Shown here: piece by piece, positions 42,193 to 54,597 of the stretch
Layout of the letters: every line of letters starts with the position of its first letter
Position numbering within the stretch: the stretch's first letter is position 1
Origin: Octopus sinensis
Lineage: Eukaryota
Reading direction: 5' to 3'
NCBI RefSeq assembly: GCF_006345805.1
Contig: NC_043006.1
Coordinates: 9,114,001 to 9,178,000, forward strand
Length of the DNA stretch: 64,000 bases
Position numbers and translations under genes: made by a program
The notes under the pieces: generated by a model
Database searches by the model: none
Seen by the model: only the letters and a program-made list of their open reading frames with translations
What the model was told of the DNA's origin: nothing

Positions 42193-42496
42193 GTTTCTTT
42201 ATTGGCTACACAGGGCTGCACACAGATGGGACAAGTTACAAGGTGGAGCTTTTCTTTTGGGGGATGAAAAAAACAAAAAAACAAAAAAAAATGGAACAAA
42301 AAAAATGGTGGCGTAGGTTTTCGATCAAAAGGGACCGTGAAAGGGGAAAAAAGGAGGAAAAAAGAACCCAAAATAAAAGATAAAAGAAAAAAAGAAAAAA
42401 AGAAAAAAGGAAAAGGAACAAAAGCAAAGAGAAATGAAAAAAGAAGAAAAAAGGGGAAGAGGAAAAAAAACGATCAATAGGGATCGTGTATCACAG
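42191..42496 (-). mobile_element. Retroposon 3' end (family E), second copy
   Basis: Inverse copy of 13774-14060 with AATAAA and (CTAT)n tail. Confidence 0.75.
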
Positions 42497-42664
42497 TGTT
42501 ATGACGTATGGTGTAAAGGGGAAAGCAAGTAAGGTTTATCGTGGGAAGAAAAGCCTACGAAAAAGACCACGGTAACCTGGTCAAATTATTTTATATGTTA
42601 CCACATTGTTTGCAAGTGGGTAACCCTCTGTTTTCAATCTTTTCGGGTTCATAGATAGATAGAT

Positions 42665-42716
<52 letters not shown>

Positions 42717-43127
42717 ATAGATTGATAAATAGATACATGCATACATACGTACAAAATATGTTTCTTGTGCCGTCAAAATTTGCTCTGGCATTCGCTTTAA
42801 TCTTCAGAGCATGAAAAAAAACTGATATTATGATCTAATTACGATCGATTTAAATTTTTACAATTTATTAGAACTATTTCTTAATGTTTGCCATGAAATT
42901 GTTTCTGTGGCCAACCTGAATCTTTCTTATCGTTTAACAATGGTTTACGACATATTTTATTTGTACATTGTGATATTGAATCTATGATGCTTTTTATATT
43001 TGCAACCCATTCAATATATTGTTTACAGCAAGTTAAGCTCACTTTTTGTGTGATACAAACACAAATGCACACATACACATATATATATATAAATATACAC
43101 AGATACATACATACATACATACATACA

Positions 43128-43174
<47 letters not shown>

Positions 43175-44501
43175 GAAATTACATGCTGCAATATATTTCA
43201 TTGCCATAGATTCAATTTGCGACTAGAACACATGGAATAGAAGGAAAGCAAAATATATTTCTCACATCATCACATCAAAATTGTTTTCTATTGTGTTTTT
43301 TAAAGAATTTACAGCGCAGCAAGGAATAGGAGAAACGTCGCTTCCTGTAAAGTAAAATTCCTCTTATATCTCTTTCCCACCCCCTTTTCCCTTTCTTTCT
43401 AAATTTGATTGTCAAGAGAAGTAACAGAAAAAATATATATAATTTAACATGTTTAAAATTAAAATGCTTTATAAACTGTGTAACAATGAATTTTTTGGAA
43501 CATTTATGTTGATTTGTCGCCTGAGTCATAAATCCTTTGTGCGAAAGAAAAAGGATTTTATTTTATGTAAAAAGATTTTTAAACGAATGTGAAAGCGTTT
43601 TTTCATAGATGTTTATTTTATGTTAACGACATTTAACGTTTAAATACTTTCAAATATTTCTGAATTCCGAAACGAATTTGTGTGTATGGCTGTCGTACAT
43701 ATCGTACATATCGTACACAGCCTTACATTTATTATTCTGAGCACAATCATAGATGGCATTGAACATTAAGTGTGGTTTTATTTACTTACCCCATTCCATC
43801 AGAATGAAATTTCAGGAGATTTCTTGCAAATACAGTTTGCATTTCTATGTTGATTACAACAGTATATACTTATGCCTGTTTTCTTTTGCTCTTTAAAACG
43901 AAAAAGAGAAGTATTGCTAAGAGATCAGCAGGAAATCTAGCATTAGTTGATCCTTACAGTTAACGTCTAAATTCTGTAGTTTTAACGGAAATATATAATA
44001 AATATATGGCCAACAAAAATCTTTCTCCGCGTAGAAAGGAACTGTAAAGATATTTAATGCAGAAAGGGACAGAATTTATAAACTGAAGACGGGACTGGGA
44101 AAACCCAAGTCGTAGGTTTTCTATAGTACATTTACTTTAATTTTGAGTGAATATCGGGTGTTGTCAAATGTGTATTTATCAATTTGTTGATGGATATTCG
44201 CACATATTTTCGTTGCTAAATATCGATCAGGAAAAAGATGCAGGACAGAAGACAAATCAAATAGGTAAGAGAAGCAAACAGAAATCTAACAACGAAAAAT
44301 AATTTCCCTTCTAGTGACTATGGTCAAAAGCATAATTGTAGAAATCTCAATCGTATGTATGTGTCTCTACAAATTGATATGTGCCCTATTTTGTGTAATA
44401 TATCCATTATTAGACTAAGTCGGATTGGTCCAGCTGGTTAGCCTTAATAGACATAAGATCTGGAAACTGTAGTACAATAGAGAAGAGATAATGCATTATG
44501 T

Positions 44502-44566
<65 letters not shown>

Positions 44567-44619
44567 AAAATAAAAACGGAAAATACGCACTCTTACTTGG
44601 TTATAGTATAATTTTTAAC

Positions 44620-44654
44620 GTATCGACCAGTTTCGCAATCGCTATTCATGATAC
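44620..44654 (-). ncRNA. Minimal type-I hammerhead ribozyme (A3-U8 variant)
   Basis: Minus: GUAUC-AUGAAUA-GC(GAUU)GC-GAAAC-UG-GUC-GAUAC. Stem I 5 bp. Followed by a T-rich tail and (TA)n. Confidence 0.65.
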
Positions 44655-44896
44655 TATGTTTAATTTATATGAAAATATATTTTTTCATAAGAAGAGAATG
44701 GGTCCATGTTGTTTATAATGAGATTCACGTGGGGACAACCGAAATTCCTCTTGTCTGTTACTACTATATATATATATATATATATATAGTGTGTGTGTGG
44801 TGTGTGTGTGTCTACATGTGTGTTTGTGGGTGTGTGTGTGTAATGAAAAATAAGAAAATAGAGATATTGAAGTTTAAAAGAGTTTATTAGTAAAAC

Positions 44897-45073
44897 TCGA
44901 TTGAAGAAAGGCCTGAAATTGCGTTTGGGGCGTACAGTCGATTATACCGACCCCAGTACGCAACTTATACTTTGTTTATCGACCCCGGCAGAATTTGACC
45001 TCAAAACGTATAGACAGACGAAATACCGGTAAGCATTTCGCCCAACGTGCTAACATTTCTGCCAGCTCGCTTC
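44897..45073 (-). mobile_element. SINE family B-related copy with internal deletion
   Basis: Reverse complement GAAGCGAGCTGGCAGAAATGTTAGCACGTTGGGCGAAATGCTT...GGGGTCGATAAAC...ACTGGGGTCG. Confidence 0.75.
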
Positions 45074-45303
45074 CTCGTTATGATAATAATAATACTTTTA
45101 ATATTAAAGTAAATAAACTATACTATATATTGATTGAAGCAAATAATCTAGTATTACTGGATATAAACACTCGATGCCCCAATACTAGAATTTAGTTTAT
45201 ATATGGTGGTCAGATATAAGCTTATAAATGTAATTATTTTCAGAATCGCCACTGGTCACTGTTTCATCATTTGTCATATATGTGTGTGTGTTTGTGTGTG
45301 TGC

Positions 45304-45362
<59 letters not shown>

Positions 45363-45869
45363 TGTGCGAGTTTGTGTGCGTGTAAAGGGAGAGAGAGATA
45401 ATGTGAGAGGATTGGCGCTGCATGTGAATGAGACTACAATGGCAGAGATACTAAAAAAAATCGAAATATTATCTTCAGTACTTTCCGCCGGCTACTACAA
45501 CATAAACGTCTTCTCGTACCGAAATCGTTATAATTATGCAAACTAGATTTAAATATTAACAGTTAGTTTCCAGACATTGTGTCATATTTTTCTCTTTCTT
45601 ATTCGCAAGGGTTTTGTTGTCTCATAACAAATAACAAAGAACGTTCAGTTAATTAGGAAATTTGGGTCATTCGCTTTTCAGCATCTCACACCTTATCTTA
45701 ATTATCTAAATTCATGTCATTTGCACATTTCAACTGCTTCAATTCGCTCGTTACATTTCTAATTATCAATATTCTCTTGGCCAAAATTATTTGTAGTTAT
45801 TTTCCTGGTGGCGCGAATCTGTCCATTATTTGCGAATAAGATGCGTGAAAGAGAAATGTAGCAACACTG

Positions 45870-45920
<51 letters not shown>

Positions 45921-45983
45921 CGTTTTTGGATTTGGTTTGCAAGATTCTGTATATAAGTTCGTGTGTTGAAGCATATTCTCTTG

Positions 45984-46221
45984 TGTCCGGGGAGAGTAAT
46001 TTTCTTTTTTTTTGCCTTATAATATAATACACTAGCCGGTAAAATTTCCACTTTTTTCTTAATTTTATTTTCCTAATATTTTCGTTGAGAGTCCAAACTA
46101 TTGAAAAGGTTGCAAGACGCAACGGAAATTTTCGGAAAATAAAAATGAGAAAAAAGTGGAAATGTTAACAGTGAGTGTGTTATATTATGAGGCACAAAAA
46201 GAAAATGACTCTCCCCGGACA
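45984..46221. mobile_element. MITE / foldback element with ~90-bp imperfect TIRs
   Basis: 45984-46073 (TGTCCGGGGAGAGT...TTTTCC) is the imperfect reverse complement of 46134-46221. Right end is followed by TA. Confidence 0.8.
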
Positions 46222-46231
46222 TAATAGAATT

Positions 46232-46277
<46 letters not shown>

Positions 46278-46365
46278 GTATATATATATATATATGTATA
46301 TATATGTAGAGAGAGAGAGAGAGAAGGAGAGAAAGAGATAGATAGATATGTAGATACATACATAC

Positions 46366-46422
<57 letters not shown>

Positions 46423-46516
46423 CACACGTATATATATATGAAGGAGAGTAAAAAATTATACACACTCTTGTTTTTTGAAAAGTATTTACTCAAAAGTGGA
46501 CGATAAACAAGTACGT

Positions 46517-47110
46517 CATTGTTCTATATAATCTCCTTCCTTTTCGATACACCTGTAACTGCGTCCACTAGCTTGCGCAGTCCCTCGTTTGGTTGTATAG
46601 CCATTTATACACCGTTTTCTTCACATCTTCATGCGTAGGAAATCGACGACCTTGTAAACCATCTTTTTAGCAGTTGAAATATATGATAGTCGGAAGAGGT
46701 AACATCTGGGCTCTAAGCATGTTGTTCCACCACTTCAAAAGCCAAATAGTTATTAGTTTCAACGGCCTGGGCGGTCGTGTTGGGCGTGCATTGTTTATTC
46801 CACAACAAAACTTTCCTCGACAATTTGTGCGAATTGTTAGCTTCAGTTTGTTGGCCAGCAAAGACAGTATCCTGCACTGTTGATCGTACACGACTTTTCC
46901 AGGGAAATCTTATAACTGCTCTTTGTTCTTCTTTCGTGCACATTGCTAGTGGAGCGGCCATGCTTACACTGCAAAGCCAGAAAGAATAATGGCACAAACT
47001 TCGATCACGTGACCACAATAGTACCAACTATAAACCTGCATGCGCAGAATGCAGTGTGACCATAATAAAAATATCTTATGGCAAAATGGTGGATAGTTTA
47101 AAACTTCCGC
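46517..47110 (-). mobile_element. Internally deleted mariner (Mos1/Hsmar-like) element
   Basis: MAAPLAMCTKEEQRAVIRF (ATG 46961) fused to C-terminal LSRKVLL...FEVVEQH.YSPD...SDYHIF...GLRKLVD...CIEKEGDYIEQ*. Confidence 0.85.
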
Positions 47111-47125
47111 TTGTATTTATATGAA

Positions 47126-47266
47126 GGTTTCCTTCTACCAAATCTACTCAGAAATATTTGGGTAGCCCGTGGCTATAGTAGAAGACACTTGCCCAAAGTG
47201 CCACGCAGTGGGACTGAACCCGGAACTGTATGGTTGAGAAATAGCCTCCTATCACACAACCACGCC
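47126..47266 (-). mobile_element. SINE family D 5' half
   Basis: Reverse complement GGGTTCAGTCCCACTGCGTGGCACTTTGGGCAAGTGTCTTCTACTATAGCC. Confidence 0.85.
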
Positions 47267-48718
47267 TAAACATACATAGGAAACTAACCTGGAATTTCCG
47301 CACAGAACATTGAAATAGAAGCGAAATATTTATAGATTGCGTGTGAGTTTGTGTGTGTATGTGTGTATGTATGTATGTGTGCGTGTGTATGTGTGCATGC
47401 GTGAGTGTGCCAAGAAAAAGGACAAATAAGAAACTGCAGAAAATAGTTGCAACGGGAAACGATGGGAAAATTATTACAGATTTAGTGTAAAATAATTACG
47501 TGCAGAATGTATTTGATTAAATAAAGATTCTGCTTCCCTACTGGAAACTTTAAAAATGATTGTGTCAACGAAATTGACTCTCTATATCATCATCTTCTTA
47601 ATTTACTGGAAAGACTTTAGGTGTCTGAACAAAGAAGATAACTGAGTGCAGAGAAACGATTGGAATTCTCTCCCGCACATGGTTTTGTACTTATGTTTCT
47701 GTACTTCTATGAATATTTATGCAGAAATTATAAAAGATATATTTAACCTTGTGTAATTTCAAAATACCAATCATTAGATATGAAAGCCAGCATGGCCGTT
47801 TCGTACGTAATCTAGCCTCATAGTTATAGAGACTTTTAATGTTACAGATTATTTGTTGAATGTGTGATTACTTAATTTTTCTACACGATCCATTGATCCA
47901 CTCATGTGTGTGTACGTATGTATGTATGACGTGTGTGGGAGGTTGCTAGTAATACAATATTCCGGCAATTAGGTTTAACCGAGTGAACGATGAACTGTTT
48001 TGCCCACCGACGGTAGAGGACTAATGTTTCTTCTGAAATACTTATTTACTTTTAACCATGAAAAACATACGTTACCCACTTTCTCAACTATAATTGACGG
48101 CAAAGTGCTGAAGAACAAAATTTTCTAGAATTCTCGCTTATTCTTTTTATCACAAATCCCGCAAGCGATGATTTTCTTTTAAAGTTTATGCTCAGAAAGT
48201 TAAAAAACAGCTTTCCATTATCACTTGTTTGATCAGGCATAGAAAAAGATAACTACGAACGCCACCACCACGCAAAATCAACAACAACAAAATCAACAAT
48301 ATGAAAAGAAAAACCTCCCACGCCAAAAAGAAAAAGGAGATCAGTATATATTTTTGAAGGACTGTCAGTATATTTGGGCCGGTAGACAAGAGAGAATAAT
48401 TTCAATTTAGCAAAGAAAGGGTAGACATTTAACTTTAGAAAACTGATATCCTTTCATAGAATATCTACGTGTGTCTACGTGTGTCTGCATACGTGTACAT
48501 TTCTGTGTATGTGTGTAAATGTATATATACATGAATATATAATAATATATAATATATATATATGTGTGTGTGTGTGTGTATAGATAAATGGTATTATATG
48601 TATATATGGTTATATATATATTATATAAAAATTATTTGAGACAAAACCACTATTTTGCAAAACAAACAAGGAAAGACTTAATCAATACATAAAATTTAAT
48701 AAATAGTCAAAAAAACCG

Positions 48719-48761
48719 CCACTACAATCGTTTCTTGTCTTGATCGACAATCTTCAGGTGG
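48719..48761 (-). ncRNA. Minimal type-I hammerhead ribozyme, mirror copy
   Basis: Exact reverse complement of 48822-48864. Confidence 0.8.
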
Positions 48762-48821
48762 ACTTCCAATAATTCAGTTACAAATTATGACTTCATAATT
48801 TGTAACTGAATTATTGGAAGT

Positions 48822-48864
48822 CCACCTGAAGATTGTCGATCAAGACAAGAAACGATTGTAGTGG
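48822..48864 (+). ncRNA. Minimal type-I hammerhead ribozyme
   Basis: CCAC-CUGAAGA-UUGUC(GAUCAA)GACAA-GAAAC-GAUU-GUA-GUGG. Canonical core, stem I 4 bp, stem II 5 bp, predicted cleavage after 48860. Confidence 0.8.
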
Positions 48865-49186
48865 CGGTTTTTGACTATTTATTAAATTTATGTATTGATT
48901 AAGTCTTTCCTTGTTTGTTTTGCAAAATAGTGGTTTTGTCTCAAATAATATTTTATAATATTTTACTATAAAATTAGATTTAATCCTAAATCTGATTTTT
49001 TTCCCTGTAAATTTGGATATATTCCTAATATTTATTATTTATATATAATATATATATATACATATACATACAATTATATATATATATACAATATGCTATG
49101 TGTGAGTATGTGAATGAAGAGAGAGAGAAAGAGATATATAATACGACATATATATGTATGTATATATATATATATTATATACATAT

Positions 49187-49217
<31 letters not shown>

Positions 49218-49331
49218 TACATATGTATGTATGCATGTATGTATATATATGTATGTATACACATGTGTATATAAATATTAAGGGAAAGGGAAAGAGAAAG
49301 GGAAACAGAGAATGAGTGATAGTGGCCTTAT

Positions 49332-49374
<43 letters not shown>

Positions 49375-49377
49375 GTG

Positions 49378-49412
<35 letters not shown>

Positions 49413-50332
49413 CTGTTTGCTGCAGTATGAGTTATTCACTGTAAGAGAAGACAAGACACCCAATTGAAATATTACGCTTCTTACATTATTCAATGATTGC
49501 AAAATATTATCTACTTCATCATATTGGGGCGAGGGTTTCGAAAATAAATACGTGAAGTCAGATATATAAAAGCTTTTGTTCCATATTTCAAGAGCTACTT
49601 GAATTATCATTATTAACCACAAAAAAGATATCATCAATCATGATGTCCATCGAATGGAATTGGGCATTAATAAAGAACCAAACAGTGAACGATCAATCAT
49701 ATTTTTCTTCAAAATCTTTTTCGCAAAATCTTTATATATATCACTTAATTTCAAGCTGAGATTTCGTTGTGCCTTAGCAATTCATATAGGTAAATATAAT
49801 CGCGTGCATGTTTATCTAATACTCACAGACACACACACACGCATACTCACACACACGTATGTCTTCCTTCATATAATTCTGTTCCTGTTTGAATTTATTT
49901 CCAAATATATGTATGTGTATATGATTATATGTGTGTTCTGTCTGTCCATGTCTCCATATGCTTATATATATATACACACTCAGATTCAGACATTTATACC
50001 TAATATATGTATGTATATATCTGTGTGTATGTGTGTTTGTGTGTGTGTGATTGTGCGTATGCGTATATATATATTTATACATACATATATATATATATAT
50101 TATATATATATATGTATATATATATATTATATATATAATACATATGTATGTATATATATTATAATAGGGGTAAAATTAATTAATTAATAATTAATAATTT
50201 TACAAACTAGTTCGGTATGTTAAAAAAACCATTATCGGTAAAAATATAAAAATTCTATAATTATAATTAGGGTTCAGCAAAAATTTGCTTCAACACATAC
50301 CGGAATTTAGAAATAGCATATATATATATATA

Positions 50333-50530
50333 TAAAGTTAATCCAAACAAGAAAGCACAAAAAAACACAACAATGCGAAGACGTGGAACAAATATAGTAT
50401 TATTGGACGCTCAGGAAGGGAGGGTTTAACGTTTCGAGTGGAGCTCTTCGTCGGAAACATAGGAAAGGAAAGATCCAGAGAGGGGAACACAGAGGAAAAC
50501 AATCGCCAACGGTACACACGAGGTCACCTT
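50333..50530 (-). mobile_element. PLE-like 3' end with hammerhead at 50424-50458
   Basis: Minus: GUUU-CCGACGA-A-GAG(CUCCA)CUC-GAAAC-GU-U-AAAC. Palindromic AACGUU stem III, then CCTGAGCG motif, T-rich tail and (TA)n. Confidence 0.7.
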
Positions 50531-52553
50531 TTAAAATTGAGAGGATAATCAATGTTATTCTTATTTACCTTTATAAATTCTGAATATATTTCTGCTTTAC
50601 CCCAGTCATACCTAGTATTCCATTGCTATACTTCCCGGCAATAGTGAGAACTTGGATATAAATACGTAGGTATAAATCTAGCAGTATATTGGATATTTAT
50701 TATCTCTTAGATGTTTAATTAAACTCTAACTCATACAGACATATATATATGTGTGTGTGTGTCTGTGTGTGTGTGTGTATATATGTATGTGTGTGTCTGT
50801 GCGTGTATATATCGTATGCATTGTATGCATATAAATTATTTTACTCCCATATGAAGGAGAATGCGACTCTGAGTTTTACGTTTTACCGATTCTGAAGTAA
50901 CAGATGAAATAAATTTGTTCCCTGTTAAGAACAGAGATTATTGAAGTTTGGGAAGCCGTCTCGGTCATGTGATTGGCAGCCATTTTGAAAAATGTGTCGA
51001 CAAAATCATTGCATATAAAATGCTCATTAAGAAAAAGAAAATAAACTTCTTGTTTACTTATTTGGATCAAGAATCCGTTTGATACCTGAATCAGTAGAGT
51101 TAAGCCATCACGCACTTTAAACTATTTCTTGAAATATTTTCCTTTTATAGATAAAATAATCCTCTAGAACTTATATCAAGTAATATATCCAGTATTTCTC
51201 CGAAGTACAAAGTTCACAGCAATCATTTCACTAATTAAAAGATTCGACAGTTTTAAATATTTTTATGTATAATTGTATTGTCTCTAGTATTGATATTTAG
51301 TTAAAGCTACATGCAATCAAGAGAAACTAAAATTAGAAATGTTTCCAAGGCACTGCAACAGAATCCGTACAAATGGAATTATTAGTATTGATTTCCAAAA
51401 AAATTAAAGGACTATACAACTTATGGGATTAAAGCAGATTTACAAAGGGATAACTGTCGGATGAAGAATGTCTAAATATCGTCAAAAAGTGAAATTCGGA
51501 GTAATTTTGGGAATGTTTGGCTGGTAAATATGCGTTTTCTACTAAAAACCTCTTCAACAGCGTATTTTCAGTAGGCAAGACCTCTTGACATGTAACAAAA
51601 AAATTTAGGAGAGCCTCAAACACACATGCATGCCTAAGAAATATAAATATTACACTTAATTGAACATTCCACACTCTATAGATTTTAGAATATATAAATC
51701 TTTTAACCATTATTCATATTGAACTTATATCCTCACTCACGTTGCTGCAGTGGCGTGTTATTATGCACGCATCCATTTAAGTTTCCACCAGGTAAGAGAA
51801 AACTTAGAGAAACTTTGTCATTCATATACACATATACAGATGTGTGTGTATTTGTGAGTGTGTGCATCTGCGCGTGTGTAGAACATATAATTGAAATAAA
51901 AAGTGTTACTGCAATGCAATAATTCATTTCAACCGTCTTTACCTCAAACTAAATTACAATGGGAATATTGAAATATTGAAATAATGGAACAGGAAATATC
52001 AGCCTGCGGACAGATTTACTTTTAGTAAACATATTTTGAAATCGCCCTAAGCATTATACAATGTGATATTTAACGCCACTAAAATGTGATAACCATCTAC
52101 AGTGTATTGCACTAAACAAAACAACTTAAGCATTTTATTAAATATTTGAAAATACTTTGAATTTAACAGAAATTAGGTTACATATTACTAAATAATAATT
52201 TTGCATTATATACGCAATCATTTTGCTTTCCTTTTAAGATTTCAAAATATAATTTTAAAGTGATAAAATCATAATATATAATATGTAACTTACGATGTGT
52301 CACATTTAGAATTAATAACAATAATATATACAGTGAATTAGTCAGAAAATTTGAAATCAAAATGAAACTAGAGATCATGTCTTAAACTCTAAGAATTTAG
52401 TACATAAGAAAGATTATTAAAATGTAAGTTTTATTAATTATATATATACATCAATATTTGAGAGTGTATTTACACACACACGCACAAAAACACACGTACG
52501 CATACAGACACACAAACGCAAAAAAATATATACGCTCACATACACAAAGATAC

Positions 52554-53660
52554 ATGAGGAACTCCGGAATGAGCTTCGTGAAACCACTGTAGAGACGCTT
52601 CCGGGAAAAACTATCAGTAACCGTTGGAAAACCGATTACAGCAGTGTCTCGATCAATTCCTAGCGATATCTACAGAAAGAAGTTTTGTATTCCGAAATAT
52701 TATTATTATATCAGACTGTTATTATAGTCCACTCTTCATTCTTGTGCCATTCAAGACGACAAACACGCCGAACAATCAAGTACCCAAGACGACAAACACG
52801 CCGAACACACAGGAAATCCAGTAATACATGCTTCCTTAAAATACCTCATTTTAGCGAGAGGATAACTACATAAGAAGAGAAAGATTACACATACCACTAG
52901 TATATTCCGGCCCTTATCTGAGAAGACACCTAAGAAAGAAAAGAGTAAGGGACAGCAATCAATACACACTAGCTCACTGCCCCATCAGTGACACAGATTT
53001 ATGCTGACGGGTAAATTTTGCGTATAGAATACATTGTAACGAATGCAACAAGTTCTATGTGGGAAGCACAACAAGTCCATTACAATTTCGCATCAAAGAT
53101 TATCTGAACATCAGAGACCCTCCTGCAGAAAACATCAAGACAAACGCCAGAACACCGACAAAAGCATAGCAGTCACATTTGAGGCTAATGAAAGAAGCTA
53201 TACACATAGACGGACTAGGGCCCCAAATTAACAACAGGCTTGAGGTTTGCAAACAATATACCATTGAGCTACATCTGGATGCGTGTAGGTTCATTTTTGA
53301 TAACATGCTCATGTATTATAAAAACAAAAAAAAAGAAACTGCACGTATAGTACATAACTGAGAAGCAGTGCTGCGGATGGGCCAACACACACGAGCTTGA
53401 GACATGGTCGCCCTCACGCACTTCTCATGAGGAATTCTAGAAGGAGCTTTGTGAGACCACTTAGCGAGGCTTCTGGGAAAAAAAAAGAAAACTTCAGTAA
53501 ACGTTGGAAAACCGATTATAGCAGTGACTCGATCAATTCTTAGCGATTTCTGAAGAAGGAATTTTTGTATTCCGAAATATTATTTTCATTATTATATCAG
53601 ATTATAGATAACTAAGTTATATCAGCTATTATAGCCCTCTTTGCATTGTTGTTCCATTCA
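52554..53660 (+). mobile_element. Penelope-like element relic: pseudo-LTR, truncated ORF (linker + GIY-YIG endonuclease), pseudo-LTR
   Basis: Diverged direct repeats at 52554-52753 and 53427-53660. Between them: CFLKIPHFSER, HCPISDTDLC, AYRIHCNECNKFYVGSTTSPLQFRIKDYL and LRLMKEAIHIDGLGPQINNRLE. Confidence 0.85.
53020..53244 (+). pseudogene. GIY-YIG endonuclease domain of a Penelope-like element (one in-frame stop, internal deletion)
   Basis: YRI-x-C-x2-C-x3-YVG-x-T motif, conserved R of FRIKD, and EA...IN motif, all in one frame. Confidence 0.85.
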
Positions 53661-54225
53661 TGACACATTATATTTTACAAGCAATGCACAATGCTTCAAG
53701 CGAATTACAATACTCTCCTATATCTCTGTACCTGTATATATTTTATCTATCTATATATCTATACATACACGCACACGTATATCCATATACATGTAAGTAT
53801 CTATATATACATATATACATATGTACATACATACATATATATATATATATATACATACATACATACATACATATACATACATACATACACATATACAGGG
53901 CTGGCTACAAAGTGACAGTAAAAAAAGCCTTTTAATTTCGAAATTTATTTATGTTAAACAACTGAAAGAATTTAATAAACGCATCTAAGTATGAAAGATC
54001 ATGAAATTTGTACAAATTGAACAACACATTTTTCTATTCCAGCCAATACTGAATTACAGATAGTAATTACGGATTTTCGATTTTCTGTCGGGTGTGTTTT
54101 GGCCTACCCTGTACACACACACACACACACACACATGTATATGAATACGTATATATTTATACATACATATATATCAAATATAATGCTGATATATACGAAC
54201 ATCTATATCTATATCTATCTATCTT

Positions 54226-54280
<55 letters not shown>

Positions 54281-54303
54281 CTCTCTCTCTATATATATAT
54301 ATA

Positions 54304-54523
54304 TACTCTGAGTTTCGCGTTGCCATTCATCGGACAGTTTTTGCTAGAATAGAACCGATATTTGAGTACTCTTTTTTCCACCTTGTTTCACATTTATGTG
54401 TTTACTCCGGTATATACCGGAGTAAACACATAAATGTGAAACAAGGTGGGAAAAAGAGTACTCAAATATCGGTTCTATTCTAGCAAAAACTGTCCGATGA
54501 ACGGCAACGCGAAACTCAGAGTA
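54304..54523. repeat. Near-perfect 220-bp palindrome (110-bp arms, no spacer) of a PLE-like end
   Basis: Centre CCGGTAT|ATACCGG at 54413/54414. Two mismatches between arms. Right arm continues to AATAAA (54554-54559). Confidence 0.95.
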
Positions 54524-54532
54524 ACGGGTTTT
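54486..54532 (+). ncRNA. Type-I hammerhead ribozyme (U4C, imperfect stem II)
   Basis: AAAACUGU-CCGAUGA-A.CG(GCAA)CG.C-GAAAC-UCAGA-GUA-ACGGGUUUU. Palindromic ACUC-A-GAGU stem III, predicted cleavage after 54523. Confidence 0.65.
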
Positions 54533-54560
54533 GTTGAATTATCTGCTGCTTTAAATAAAG

Positions 54561-54597
<37 letters not shown>

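Larger units (their letters stand above)
48631..48949. repeat. Near-perfect ~320-bp palindrome of PLE-like ends (arms ~160 bp, 2-nt spacer CT)
   Basis: Left arm 48631-48790, right arm 48793-48949. They differ only in two homopolymer lengths. Confidence 0.95.

Noticed and set aside
52752-52807. 23-bp repeat-spacer-repeat as a CRISPR-like array
   Set aside because: Only two units with a 10-nt spacer, in a eukaryotic PLE junction. It is a simple local duplication.
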